A stretch of 64,000 nucleotides of DNA from Chrysomallon squamiferum (taxonomy: Eukaryota; Animalia; Mollusca). Positions 29,420-42,845 of this stretch are shown here, one piece after another. Positions within the stretch are counted from its first letter, which is position 1; every line of letters starts with the position of its first letter. The notes beneath the pieces were generated by a model. It did no database searches. It saw only the letters and a list, made by a program, of their open reading frames with translations, and was not told the DNA's origin. The position numbers and the translations under genes are program-made. The stretch lies in assembly GCA_012295275.1 (NCBI GenBank), contig CM022674.1, positions 12,958,001 to 13,022,000 of the forward strand. Direction: 5' to 3'.

Positions 29420-30595
29420 ATACAAAACAAACGTACACACACATCCAGACAGATATACAGAGGCGAACACACAAAACATACATGCAGACACAAAGTTAAT
29501 ACTGGTCCGCCAGCTCATTCTATCTTTTCCCTGAATTCTTCTACTTCTACTGCTTCTTCTTCCCTTTAATTATATATTAATTTGTACAAATTGAAATCTC
29601 TAACTGTCTTTGTTGTAGCTTCACCGAGTCACAGCTGTTAGCACGTTAAAAGTTTTTGAATTACTTCTCCCTGCCAAGGTAATGGTGCTTGTTATTTTTG
29701 TCCAAAAAAAAAAAAAAAAAAAATTTAAAAAAAAATTTAGATTGATGGATTTTCTACAATCCGTTTGACTGTAGCCAAACGAATTCATTTTCCAAGGCCA
29801 CATTAGGAAAGAGCTGAATTTATTACAGAATGAACAAGTGAACGATGTTTTATTGTGTTCGAAACCCATCACCGACCCGGATGATTGGTCATTTATTAAC
29901 GCATAACGAGGCACGTGCAATGACGTCATTAACAATTCATCGCCGAGTCTTTATACGTATTGGCGTTTTCGCGTTAACTGCGAGCAGACGTGTGATGCGG
30001 TGAAAACGAACCATAAGGTTGTCCGCGCTTTTATCCCTTTTCCCCGAATATCTCAGCCTTTTTCTTTTAAAACCATTCACACCCTTCCTTCGGTCATATA
30101 CGCGAATATAGAGCAAGGGAGTTAATCGCATCGGTGAACGTATTCCGCTCTATTTTTAGTGCCTGTGATTTCATGGGGTGTGTGTAATGACACGGTTTTT
30201 TTCTGTCGTTTTGAAAGTTTTAACCGCACGTTGCTAATAAGCCTTCGACCGCGAGATTAATTAATAAGGGTCACAAAGTTTTAATTGTTTCCAGAATAGC
30301 ACTTGTGACACGCGCGCGACGTGTTAATTTCAGTCGCGACTGCAGACGAGTGGCGTTCGGCTATTGAGACGTTTGCAAAAGTATGTCGTTGAAATGGGGG
30401 GAAAATTCCAAAAGTTGATGAAGGAATTGAATGAACTGCCTAATTAAATTCGAATTCGCTTCTCCGTCGTCGAACGCGAACAATGGAACAATGCGACATG
30501 TTTTGTCCAAATACAGAATTTACAACAGCGAAAGAGAACAAAGAAAGCGAAGATAAAGAAAAAAAAGAAGTGAAATAATATTCAAAACCAATAAC

Positions 30596-30676
<81 letters not shown>

Positions 30677-31925
30677 TGAATATGAATATGAATATGAATA
30701 TGAATAGCAGTAGTAGTAGTAGTAGTATTAGTAGCAGTAGCAGCAGCAGCAGTAGTAGTAGAATCAGTAGTAATAGTCTTTTTCGTAGCAGTAATTGTAT
30801 TATTATATAACGTTCATAGCAGTAACAGTAGTTGTAACTGTAACACCAGTGATAATAGATATATCTCTATTAGTAATAATAATGATGGCTGAAGTAGAAT
30901 ATATGGTAACAATAATAGTAATACTAGGAAAAATATTAGCAATAATTAGGTTTGTAGTAGTTGTGTAAGTACTAGTTTTAGTATTAGTGGCTGTAGTAGC
31001 AGTAGTGGTTGACGCATTAGTGGTGCGACTGTAATCGTAGTCGTAGTATTAGTAATTGTCGATGTAGCAGTACTATTTTTAGTAATAACAGGAGTCACGG
31101 TAGTAAATGAATAATTCATCCAGAAATATACAAATAATGTTTATATAAACATGTTTAATAACTACGTGTTTATATAATCATGTTTAATAACTACGTGTTT
31201 ATATAAACAGTTATTTGCGGATAACGGTACAGCTGTAAGTATTACACATAGATCACGACATTATAACAAATATTTAAATAACCAGACACTTATCTATTTA
31301 CATACACTTGTTAACGGCAAACGACCCGTCGTCACAAACATCAATCATTTAATCTGGCTGAGGTTTCCACCACCAACACGACAGTAATGAAAAGATTTCG
31401 TGCCGCCTCGGAATTCAAATGACGCCATTATTACTTTTCGCTTTCTTCCCCGCTAGATGGCGTTATTGTTTCTCACTCGCTGTTATGACAGTTTCGTCCA
31501 AACTTAACAGGAGATTAATGATCTTTGGCCAATAACACCTTAATTATGTTATTGTTCGTCGCTTGCCGTAAAAGCCAGGTTTACACAGGTGCCGCGATTC
31601 CAGCTGCTGCTGGTGCTGATTCGTTCTTTGTGGTCGATAACGGTTATTGCGAGACTCACGAAGGCCTGCGAAGTGCAGACAAAAGTTTGATTAATTTCCA
31701 CTGTTTCTTCTTGAAATACTTGCGCACAGTCATACCAACTCTGTTTTTCTGCCCGTCCATTTATTTGTCATCATTCTTTTTTTTTTTTTTTTTTTTTTTT
31801 TCCACTAACATCTCTTTCTCTTTGTTTGTTTTGTCGCTTTTTTTTCTGTCTTCTTTTCCCACTTTCTCTCACTGTAACATCTGTCTCTATCTCTGAGTGT
31901 CTCTCTCCCTCCCTTCATCCCTCTC

Positions 31926-32045
<120 letters not shown>

Positions 32046-33272
32046 TTCTCATCTCCCTGTTTTATTACTCCTTTTTTCTTATTACCACTCTGCTAAACGA
32101 ACGAATTTTAGTAACATTATCTTACACAGGTTCAGTAGCATAGTTTAAAAAACAATTGAATTAAAAGACTTGGTCTTTGACTGCCGTTTTTTTTTTTTTT
32201 TTAATTATTTCTTCAACACAAACAAAACTAAAGCAATACCACGTAAAGCTGCCATCTCACTACACGATTTGTAGTAACAATCTGTATCGCAAATCTTGCA
32301 GAAGATTTAATGAAAGTATTAAACTATATATTTATATATTTAAAAAAAATAAGGATACGTATATGTACGTGTCTTTAATAACTACATATAGGAGAGATTT
32401 TTATATAAACTTTACCAAAGACAGAAATCATTTTTGTATGTTCAGGAACAGTAAATAAATGGATTCTGAATGTAATGAGGAACGATTGAAAGACTCAACA
32501 AACGCTTTAGAAGCGTTGTTATAAACAGCCGTTATGAAAACGATGATGATGATGATGATGATAACAACAATAACAGCACTTAATGATAATAAATATAATA
32601 ATTTTAGGATCATACGCTGAAAGTCGGTATGACAAGATGTCTTGTAAGAATAGTGCTTTTACAAAAACACGTTTTGCGTTTTCCTTTTTTTTTTCGTCGA
32701 CAAAAAAAAAAAAAAAAAAAAAGAAAGAAAGAAAAAAATCACTAATTTGTATAGAGTTACAGGCCCTGCTTACACCGTTCTCTCAGAAGATAATGGTAAT
32801 ATTTGTATAGAGTTACCTCCCCTGATTTTCCTGTTTTCTCCGAGGACAGCACTAATGTTTGTATTTCGTGCAGAATGTAAGGCTCTAACTGAAAAATATT
32901 AAAGTAAATTGATTTTCTATAAAGCTTTAAGAAACGCGGTGATATAATATGACACTGGGCAGGTCGGCGATGGAACGAGTTAAAGTCTATTACGTAATCT
33001 GGGGGTTAAATCCCTCGCGTCATTTCAATGTCACGTGATACTGACAGCGTAAAACAGTTTAATAAAACATCGCGATGTTGTTTTGCTTGTTATTACTGAA
33101 GGTTTTTTTTTTTTTTGGTTGGTCTCGATCCCTTTTTTATTTTTATTTTTTTTGTTGTTGTTCTTTTTCTTCTTCAAATCAGGCTCGATGCGTCTAAATT
33201 TAAGCGATCAAGACAATTACAGTCTCTCTTGACAGTTGTTGCTCCTCTGTAAAATTAATGTTGTTTTTATAT

Positions 33273-33347
<75 letters not shown>

Positions 33348-33412
33348 TATATAGAGTAAAAAAAAAAGAAGAAATGGATTAAAAAAAAAAAAAAAAAAAA
33401 AGACATATCTAT

Positions 33413-33501
33413 TCCCGCGAACCGGATTCGAACCAGTGACCTAAGGATAGCTTTGTATAAACCTCTACAGTCCTCCGCTCTACCAACTGAGCTATCACGG
33501 G
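33413..33501 (-). tRNA. tRNA-Tyr(GUA) with intron, CCCGTGA type
   Basis: Complete 89-nt gene. Confidence 0.95.
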
Positions 33502-33624
33502 TTACAAATATTTCTATTTATATTTAATGTAAAATCAATTAAATATTAATCGGTTATGTCAAACGTCATTGGTTCTGAGGTCAAATTAAATAAGATTACG
33601 ATTATATTATTTTCTCATTACACA

Positions 33625-33714
<90 letters not shown>

Positions 33715-34772
33715 TTGATCTCTAATCTGAGTATGTTGCTGTATTGATTGCTTCTTTTAAGTTTTGTCATTTTCTTTTTTCTTTTTCGTTTCTTTAATTC
33801 GGCTTTTTAAACCTTTTCCTTTGTACAATATTTCTACAGAATTTTTTCTTTTTTTAACTTTTTTTTTTTTTTTTTCTTTTTTTGTTTATTACAGCGACAT
33901 CTAGTGACAGAATCCAGGCCATAAAGAATCGATCATCAGTTCTCTATATGACACACATTTACACAAAGCAGACGATCTACTCACAAAGGTTAACGTGATC
34001 AAATCTTACAGATGGTATGTGTTTCGTCCACTCGATACGTGTGATTTATTTGTTAAACCAAAACCTGTTTTATTTTCTGTATATTTAATTCTGTTAACGC
34101 GAGTCTATTGCTTAAAGCCTGCTTTCAAATGAACGTAATCGAATTGCGATCGGGGAATAGGTTTAACGCGAAACAGAGTCGGCTAAATCTTGCAAATTCA
34201 AAACAACGGAGGAAAATAACAATCTTGTTTAGAGTGAAAAGACAGGAGGAGAAGAAATAAGATCAGACTGATCTAATCTTCGTAGTACACCCATTAGACA
34301 ATTTCACGTTCCAACCCATTTTGATTTATTAACAACTGTTACAAATATTATTATGAAATTTATTACGTCTGCCTTTCAAAATGCATGATTACTACTGCTG
34401 CCATTATTGCTACTACAACAGCTACTACTACTACTACTACTGCTGTTGCTGCTGCTGCTGCTACTACTACTACCACTATTATTACGACCATTGCTACTAT
34501 TACTACTACTATTTCTCCTACTGTTACTACTTTATTACGATCGTTCTAGTACTATTATTACAGTTATTATTGAGGCAGCTACAACAACTGCAACTGCTAC
34601 TCCTACTGCAACTGCTACTACTACTACTACTATTACTACTCCTATTATTACTACAACTAATGATAACCTTAATAATAAAGTAATAAAACTGTCACCATCA
34701 CGATTACTATTATTATTACTAATACTATAACTATTATTGTTATTAATACTATTATTATTATTATTATTATTA

Positions 34773-34821
<49 letters not shown>

Positions 34822-35059
34822 AACTCCCTATTTTCCATTTATAAACAGCTTTCTGTTATTTTACTTTTTTTCCATTCTTTGTTCTTTTGTTCTTTTCTTA
34901 GTTCAGCTGAAGAATTATTTTAACCATCAGACAGGACAATAAGACATAATTACGACGATAAAGTCCATCTCCGAAATCAACACATTTTCTAACAACAACA
35001 ATACTAGAAATGTTCACAAATATTTATTTTCGTCTTGGCATTTTACAACTGAAAATCTC

Positions 35060-35096
<37 letters not shown>

Positions 35097-36119
35097 AATG
35101 AAAAAGAATTTAAAATGTTCACACTTCGTCTAATTGATTTAGAAGTGTTTTTTTGGAGACGCACACAAGCAAGACGTTGGTTTACTTTATGACAAATTGG
35201 AGAGCGGTACAAAGGGGACACAAGTCACTGAAAAAACGATGACATGTGCAAATGAAATAAAATTCCATTTTAATTTGGCTCGAATCGTTTAACGGCGAAG
35301 GTTTAAATTGTTTGGCGAGAGAGGGAGACAATATTACCACCAGCGTCGTAACGGCGGGAATTGTTATCGCGTCTCGCTCTGTGCACGTGCTTGCTGTTTG
35401 TTTTGACCAATCAAAGGATTTCAGACAACAATGTGCAGTTTTCCGCTAATGTGATTTTATTTCTTCTACTTCTGTCTTTTTTTCTTTTTCTTTTTTCTTT
35501 CTTTTTTCTTTTTTCTTTCTTACTTTTTTTTCTTTCTTTTTTTACTTTTAAAATAATCTTATTGAAATCAATAATTACGTGCTTGCCATGTCAGCTGCAA
35601 AGTTCGTTAAATAGTTTTCTAACGTGGATTTACAACTGGTATTATGCACAGAAATAATATTGCTTTACATGCAATATTTCACAGTTAATTCCTAAACTGC
35701 TTTTTATCATCTTGTGTCATTTTCATTTCAATGTACGTTTGTCTGTCTCACTACATTTCGGTCACTGAGGCAGCCTGTAATGGGCAGATAACCGTGTTTG
35801 CACTTCCTGTGTAATTACACCGCAAGACATATGATCTTTGCATTAATTAATAATTTTTTTCTCTCTTAAATTATACAACGTATTTTATAAAGGCATCTTT
35901 GTCTTTCATCAGCCTCCAAATTTCGTATCTTCTTCTGTTAAATTAACAAGTTCATCATTTCATCTATCCGTCATATCGTACTTTGTAAACACAGAACGAC
36001 GTATCTAAGGGCAGATAACCACGGCATACACTATCTCTTTAATTTGACCCCAGGACACCTGACGTCTGGTTCATCTAAAAGTTTACTTTAAAGTATAAAT
36101 ATTTTAAACACACTAACAT

Positions 36120-36208
36120 CCCTCGATAGCTCAGTTGGTAGAGCGGAGGACTGTAGAGGTTTATTCAAAGCTATCCTTAGGTCACTGGTTCGAATCCGGT
36201 TCGCGGGA
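36120..36208 (+). tRNA. tRNA-Tyr(GUA) with intron, CCCTCGA type
   Basis: Complete gene; acceptor stem CCCTCGA/TCGCGGG has a U4-C69 mismatch. Confidence 0.92.
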
Positions 36209-36437
36209 ATATTCTTTTGTTTCCGTTATCTGCTGGTATTAAATATTAGTAACGTATAGAACAGAAATATTTTGAAAACTTTTCAGTTTATTTGATCTTT
36301 ATATATACATTGCTTTTTTCACTTAAAACACACAACAAAATGGAGGCAGTGATTAAGATAAATAAGATGGACAATTTAACAAATACAAATAGACAAACTG
36401 ATGAAAATATCAGAAGACAATAAAAACAAAAGGATAT

Positions 36438-36526
36438 TCCCGCGAACCGGATTTGAACCAGTGACCTAAGGATAGCTTTGTATAAACCTCTACAGTCCTC
36501 CGCTCTACCAACTGAGCTATCGAGGG
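36438..36526 (-). tRNA. tRNA-Tyr(GUA) with intron, CCCTCGA type
   Basis: Complete gene; T loop TTCAAAT. Confidence 0.92.
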
Positions 36527-37075
36527 ATGATATAAACATGTAAGAAATTCACGTTCTTAAGTCGAATTTTATTATTAGTAATCGTTGTGTCAAAGGTCAT
36601 TTATCCTGAGATAAAATCAAACAGGAAGTTCCCTGCACAGTTTCCTCCCCTTGCATCTCCTTACATCAACCAAAACAAAACAGACAGGAGTAAAAGAAGT
36701 TCACTGAAGTTTATATAGGTAAGTCTTGAAGTATTCAGTCAAACAGCTTCAATTTATCGTACAGAAGAGTCTTATTATGTCAGAAAGTTTGCAAAAGAAA
36801 AGTCGAAGCATTATCTTACATCTCTTCAGTAACACAAAAACTCATACTGCAATATGATTTTAGTTTATACCAGTCTTTATTAGGTACGGCTGTTTAACAA
36901 CAGCGCCATCTATCTGATGTCCAGTGCTCGGTAAGGGGCAGACAACTGTTACGACCACTTCTTAGTTAATTTGACTTCGGGACTAATGACGTCTGATGCA
37001 ATGGATTTGCATTTCAAGTTAATCTGTAATTAACATAATTTACTTTAATATTTGTATTTGACAGTTTATTAACAT

Positions 37076-37164
37076 CCCGTGATAGCTCAGTTGGTAGAGC
37101 GGAGGACTGTAGAGGTTTATACAAAGCTATCCTTAGGTCACTGGTTCAAATCCGGTTCGCGGGA
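37076..37164 (+). tRNA. tRNA-Tyr(GUA) with intron, CCCGTGA type
   Basis: Complete gene; T loop TTCAAAT. Confidence 0.94.
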
Positions 37165-37461
37165 ATTGAATTTTGTTTCCTTTATTTCCTGATATTAAAT
37201 ATTTTAATCATTTTAGTCTGTCTGTCTTTCTCTCGTCTTTTCTTCGAGGTACTGAAATTGTAATATATATATATATATATATATACTGAAGAAACACTTA
37301 GTTTCATTTTAACTTTACATTTACATTATTATCTCACTACTTAAATAAAACAGACAGCCTAATGGAGAGAGAGCGATTAATGTGAAAAAAGTGGACAATT
37401 TAACTAACCATAGAGACAAACTGATGGAAATATCAGAAGATAATAAATAATAAAAGTTAAT

Positions 37462-37550
37462 TCCCGCGAACCGGATTCGAACCAGTGACCTAAGGATAGC
37501 TTTGTATGAACCTCTACAGTCCTCCGCTCTACCAACTGAGCTATCGAGGG
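37462..37550 (-). tRNA. tRNA-Tyr(GUA) with intron, CCCTCGA type
   Basis: Complete gene; intron variant aggttcatacaaagct. Confidence 0.92.
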
Positions 37551-38136
37551 ATGATAGAAACATGTAAGAAATTCACGCTCTTAAGTCGAATTTTATTATT
37601 AGTAATCGTTGTGTCAAAGGTCATTTATCCTGAGGTAAAATCAAACAGGAAGTTCCCTGCACAGTTTCCTCCCCTTGCATTTCATTACATGAACAAAAAC
37701 AAAACAGACAGGGGTAATGGTCTCAAGACAGAGAGGAGTAAAACGCTACCAACATTTTGTGAATGTTTTTAAGTTCAGTGAAGTTTATATAGGTAAGTCT
37801 TGAAGTATTCAGTCAAACAGCTTCAATTTATCATAGAGAAGAGTTAGTATGTCAGAAAGTTTGCAAAAAAAAGAGTCGAGGCTTTGGTCTTAAATCTTCA
37901 AACATAACAGAAGCTCACACTGGAATATGATTCTAGTTTATACCAGTCTTCTGTACGGCTGTACAACAACAGCGCCATCTATCTGGTGTCTAGAACTCGA
38001 TAAGGGGCAGACAACTGTTACAAATAAGACTTTTTTTTTTTGACCTCGGGACAAATGATGCAATGATTTGCATTTCAAGTTAATCTATAATTAACATAGT
38101 TTACTTTAATATTCATATTTTATAGTTTATTCACAT

Positions 38137-38220
38137 CCCGTGATAGCTCAGTTGGTAGAGCGGAGGACTGTAGAGGTTTATACAAAGCTATCCTTAGGTC
38201 ACTGGTTCGAATCCTGTTCG
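38137..38220 (+). pseudogene. tRNA-Tyr copy with damaged 3' end
   Basis: Intact up to the T loop, then ATCCTGTTCGATAGA: T-stem substitution and loss of most of the 3' acceptor strand. Confidence 0.8.
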
Positions 38221-38641
38221 ATAGATTTTTGTTTCCACAGTTTTTGCTAATATTTAACATTTATTCAGGTATCCATTAGTCTCTATATCTTCTTTCTTCC
38301 GAGGTACTGAAGTATTTTAAACATTTAGCAGTTATCTATTAGACTGTCTCTCTCTCCTTTTGTTGGAGATACTGAAACAGTAATACCTATATTTAGCTCA
38401 GAAACCTTGAAGAAACATTTTTTTGTTTATTTGAACTTTACATTTACATTATATTCTCACTACTAAAATAAAACAGACAGCGTAATGGAGGGAGAGAGAT
38501 TATTGTAAAAAGAACATGGACAATTTAAATAAATAAAACACAGCATGACAGGGAGGTCAACATAAAGCAAACAGTTTAACTAATTCTCAAAGACAAACAA
38601 ACTAACGAAAATATCAGAAGATAATAAAAACAAAAGCATAT

Positions 38642-38730
38642 TCCCGCGAACCGGATTCGAACCAGTGACCTAAGGATAGCTTTGTATAAACCTCTACAGT
38701 CCTCCGCTCTACCAACTGAGCTATCGAGGG
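38642..38730 (-). tRNA. tRNA-Tyr(GUA) with intron, CCCTCGA type
   Basis: Complete gene. Confidence 0.92.
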
Positions 38731-39277
38731 ATGATAGAAACATGTAAGAAATTCACGCTCTTAAGTCGAATTTTACTGTTAGTAATCGTTGTGTCAAAGG
38801 TCATTTATCCCGAGGTAAAAATCAAACAGGAAGCTTTCCCTGCACAGTTTCCTCCCCTTTCATCTCATTACATGAATAGAAAACAAAATGGACAGGAGAC
38901 AAAATGGATCAAATTTTCGTCAATGTTATTAAGTTCAAAATTTAAATAGGTATGTATTTAGATATTCTGTCAAACTGCATCCATTTATCATACAAAAGAG
39001 TTTTATTGTGTTAGAAAGTTTGCAAAAGAAAAGGTGTTTTTATCTCAGATATTCAGTATGACAAAAACTCATACTGGAATATGATTCTAGTTCATGCCAG
39101 TCTTTCTATACGGCTGTTTAACAATAGCGCCATCTATCTGATGCAGCGGTAAGGGACAGACAATCTAGACCACGTCTAGTTAATTTGTACGGGTCTAATG
39201 ACGTCTGATGCAATGATTTGCATTTCAAGGTCTGGATTAACATAGATTACATTAAACATTTGACAGTTTATTTTAAT

Positions 39278-39336
39278 TTGGTAGAGCGGACCTGGGGACT
39301 ATCCATAGGTCACTGGTCTGAATACTGTTCGCGGGA
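39278..39336 (+). pseudogene. Heavily deleted tRNA-Tyr copy (pseudogene or consensus error)
   Basis: TTGGTAGAGCGGACCTGGGGACTATCCATAGGTCACTGGTCTGAATACTGTTCGCGGGA at the expected array position. Confidence 0.7.
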
Positions 39337-39545
39337 AAACATTTTTTTTTCATTGATTTGCTAATATTTCAATTAATGAGGTATCCATTAGTCTCTATAT
39401 CTTCTTTTTTTTAGTTGAAACAGTAACATATATGTAAACCTTTGAGTTTTATTTATAAACAAAAGATCAACCTACACAAAGCAAACAGTTTTAATTAACA
39501 AACCCTAATGAAAATTATCAGAAGACAATAAAAACAAAAGGATAT

Positions 39546-39634
39546 TCCCGCGAACCGGATTCGAACCAGTGACCTAAGGATAGCTTTGTATAAACCTCTA
39601 CAGTCCTCCGCTCTACCAACTGAGCTATCGAGGG
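39546..39634 (-). tRNA. tRNA-Tyr(GUA) with intron, CCCTCGA type
   Basis: Complete gene. Confidence 0.92.
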
Positions 39635-40231
39635 ATGATAGAAACATGTAAGAAATTCACGCTCTTAAGTCGAATTTTATTATTAGTAATCGTTGTGTCA
39701 AAGGTCATTTATCCTGAGGTAAAATCAAACAGGAAGTTCCCTGCACAGTTTCCTCCCCTTGCATCTCATTACATGTACAAAAACAAAACAGACAGGGTAA
39801 TGGTCTCAAGACAGAGAGGAGTAAAACGCCATCAACATTTTCGTCAATGTTATTAAGTTCAGTGAAGTTTATATAGGTAAGTTTTGAAATATTCAGTCAA
39901 ACAGCTTCAATTTATCGTACAGAAGAGTCTTATTATGTCAGAAAGTTTGCAAAAGAAAAGTCGAAGCATTATCTTACATCTCTTCAGTAACACAAAAACT
40001 CATACTGGAATATGATTCCAGTTTATACCAGTCTTATTAGGTACGGCTGTTTAACAACAGCGCCATCTATCTGATGTCCAGTACTCGGTAAGGGGCAGAC
40101 AACTGTTACGACCACTTCTTAGTTAATTTGACTTCGGGTCTAATGACGTCTGATGCAATGATTTGCGTTTCAAGTTAATCTATAATTAACATAGTTTACT
40201 TTAATATTCATATTTTATAGTTTATTAACAT

Positions 40232-40320
40232 CCCGTGATAGCTCAGTTGGTAGAGCGGAGGACTGTAGAGGTTTATACAAAGCTATCCTTAGGTCACTGG
40301 TTCGAATCCGGTTCGCGGGA
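40232..40320 (+). tRNA. tRNA-Tyr(GUA) with intron, CCCGTGA type
   Basis: Complete gene. Confidence 0.95.
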
Positions 40321-40610
40321 ATTAACTTTTAAATATTTTAAACATTTTAGTTATCTGTTAGACATTTGTCTCTATATCTTCTTTTTTTGGAGATACTGAA
40401 ATAGTAATATATATATTCAGCTCAGAAACCTTGAAGAAACATTTTTCAGTTTATTTGACCTTTACATTTACATTATTTTCTCACTTCTAAAATAAAACAG
40501 ACAGCGTAATGGAGGGAGAGAGATTATTGTAAAAAGAACATGGACAATTTAACTAACCATAGAGATAAACTGATGAAAATATCAGAAGATAATAAAAACA
40601 AAAAGGATAT

Positions 40611-40699
40611 TCCCGCGAACCGGATTCGAACCAGTGACCTAAGGATAGCTTTGTATAAACCTCTACAGTCCTCCGCTCTACCAACTGAGCTATCGAGGG
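40611..40699 (-). tRNA. tRNA-Tyr(GUA) with intron, CCCTCGA type
   Basis: Complete gene. Confidence 0.92.
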
Positions 40700-41289
40700 A
40701 TGATATAAACATATAAGAAATTCACGCTCTTAAGTCGAATTTTACTGTTAGTAATCGTTGTGTCAAAGGTCATTTATCCCGAGGTAAAATCAAACAGGAG
40801 CTTTCCTGCACACAGTTTTCTCCCCTTTCCTCTCATTGCATGAATAGACAGCGTAATGGACTCGAGACAGAGAGGATTAAAATGCAATTGAAAATTTAAA
40901 TAGGTATGTATTTAGATGTTCTGTCGACTGCATCCATTTATCATCCAAAAGAGTTTTACTTGTGTTAGAAAGTTAGAAGGTGTTTTTGTCTCAGATATTC
41001 AGTATGACAGAAGCTCATACTGGAATATGACCCTAGTTCATATCAGTCTTCTATACGGCTGTTTAACTGCAGCGCCATCTAGCTCACGTCTAGTACTCGG
41101 TAAGCATCAAAGGGCGGACAACTGTTACGAACACTTCTTATTTAATTTGACCTGGGGACACATGACGTCTGATGCAATGATTTGCATTTCAAGTTAATCT
41201 ATAATTAGTTACACTATGTAGTTTACTTTTAAAACACATATTTGGTAATTTATTAACATCCCATGATTACAAAACAAAAATAAAATTAT

Positions 41290-41378
41290 TCCCGCGAACC
41301 GGATTCGAACCAGTGACCTAAGGATAGTTTTAACTAAACTTCTACAGTCCTCCGCTCTACCAACTGAGCTATCACGGG
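41290..41378 (-). tRNA. tRNA-Tyr(GUA), CCCGTGA type, divergent intron
   Basis: Exons identical to the consensus; 16-nt intron aagtttagttaaaact. Confidence 0.94.
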
Positions 41379-42600
41379 ATAAGATATCAAAGTGAAATGT
41401 ATGGTTTAAATCAAATCTGTTAATAACGTGTAAAACGGTGATATAATTGTGTCAAAGGTCAGTTATCTTGAAGTCATTTTTTTTTTTTTTTTTCAGAGCT
41501 TTTATTGAAAATGTATGTGTATCTACATATGCATGATATGTTTGTTGAATTTCCGAACTGGAAACCGTCACGTTGTGTCTGTTGTATTGGAAATTGTCTT
41601 CATGTTATGTTTTATCTTGCCAAGGTCTCCCCCCACCCCTAATTTTTGTCACGAGGTATTTTACCATGTTTCAAGTATTTGACGTCTGTTCGCATGACTT
41701 GCAGAACTATCTTTCAGCAGCTTCTCCCGCGCTTTTTTAACATTTCTCAAACTGATCTGCGACATTTTCTGTTTTATTTCATTACACTGAAACACTGAAG
41801 TTACACAATTTGTTAGAATAGCCGAGGAAATTTTTTTTTTCTTTTTTTTTTTCCCCATTTGCTTTCATCAGAGAAAAAAAACCTCCAGACAAACTTCATG
41901 TGTGAACTGGACTTACAGAATGGAATCTAAGGATTTTTTCAGCCATTTCTTGTTTTAATATGAAATATGAAATAAGACTAGAGAGTTCAGTTGGAAAAAT
42001 TCCACAATCCGGTTTTCGTCGTAAGTCAGTTGAAATTACCAGGAGGGAAATCACTAGATAGAACAGCCGGGAATAGACTAGATTTAAAATGTATCACTGA
42101 CATTTGCGGGGGGGGGGTGTAGTAGACATGCGCGGCACGTGCGGCTTCATTTGCGACTTTTATAAGATAATACAAATATGAAATATTCCCTTTTTCTCAT
42201 CAGAGAACAGTTAGACGGAGTTTACTAACTATTACTGGATGTTAGAAGAACAAAAAACAAAATCTTGAAAAATGCTGTTTACTCACTGATTTCTTCTAAA
42301 CAAGATCTCTTCTCCGTCGTTTTGTTTTCATTCAAAACAAGAACAGGAAATAACATTTGCGCAGCCGCATATCTTGTGGATCGATTTTAATATGCGACCT
42401 GGTTTAGTTTGCCGGACAAAAAAGGTGGCCGTTGTATACCAAACAGCGCCCCTAGCGGATTTCGAGGTACCTGATATAACAACGGACTGAGACAAACTGA
42501 CTCTTAATAAGTTACAGTCATTTACATAGTCACAAAAGAAAGAATATATATAGAAACAAAACATATAAAGGACAAAATAAAAAAAATAAAAAAATCATAT

Positions 42601-42689
42601 TCCCGCGAACCGGATTCGAACCAGTGACCTAAGGATAGCTTTGTATAAACCTCTACAGTCCTCCGCTCTACCAACTGAGCTATCGAGGG
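42601..42689 (-). tRNA. tRNA-Tyr(GUA) with intron, CCCTCGA type
   Basis: Complete gene. Confidence 0.92.
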
Positions 42690-42798
42690 ATAGTTATAAT
42701 AACCTCTAATTCACCAACGCAGTGAAATTATCTGAACGTAGCAGATACAGTTTACGTTACGATTGACTGGTCTTGGGCACGAACTATAATTTGAATCA

Positions 42799-42845
<47 letters not shown>

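Larger units (their letters stand above)
36000..41480. repeat. Tandem array of ~0.7-1.2-kb units, each a convergent pair of tRNA-Tyr genes
   Basis: Minus-strand genes start at 36438, 37462, 38642, 39546, 40611 and 41290; spacers are homologous (e.g. TAAGTCGAATTTTA..TGTGTCAAAGGTCATTTATCC, CAGCGCCATCTA). Confidence 0.93.

Noticed and set aside
31138-31210. 29-bp repeat, 2.5 copies, with palindrome TGTTTATATAAACA
   Set aside because: Short isolated duplication with no adjacent exon or element; no function supportable.
36288-40712. Repeated ORFs of the type SLDSSVGRAEDCRGLYKAILRSLVRIRFAG and MIETCKKFTLL
   Set aside because: Translations of tRNA genes and array spacers, not proteins.
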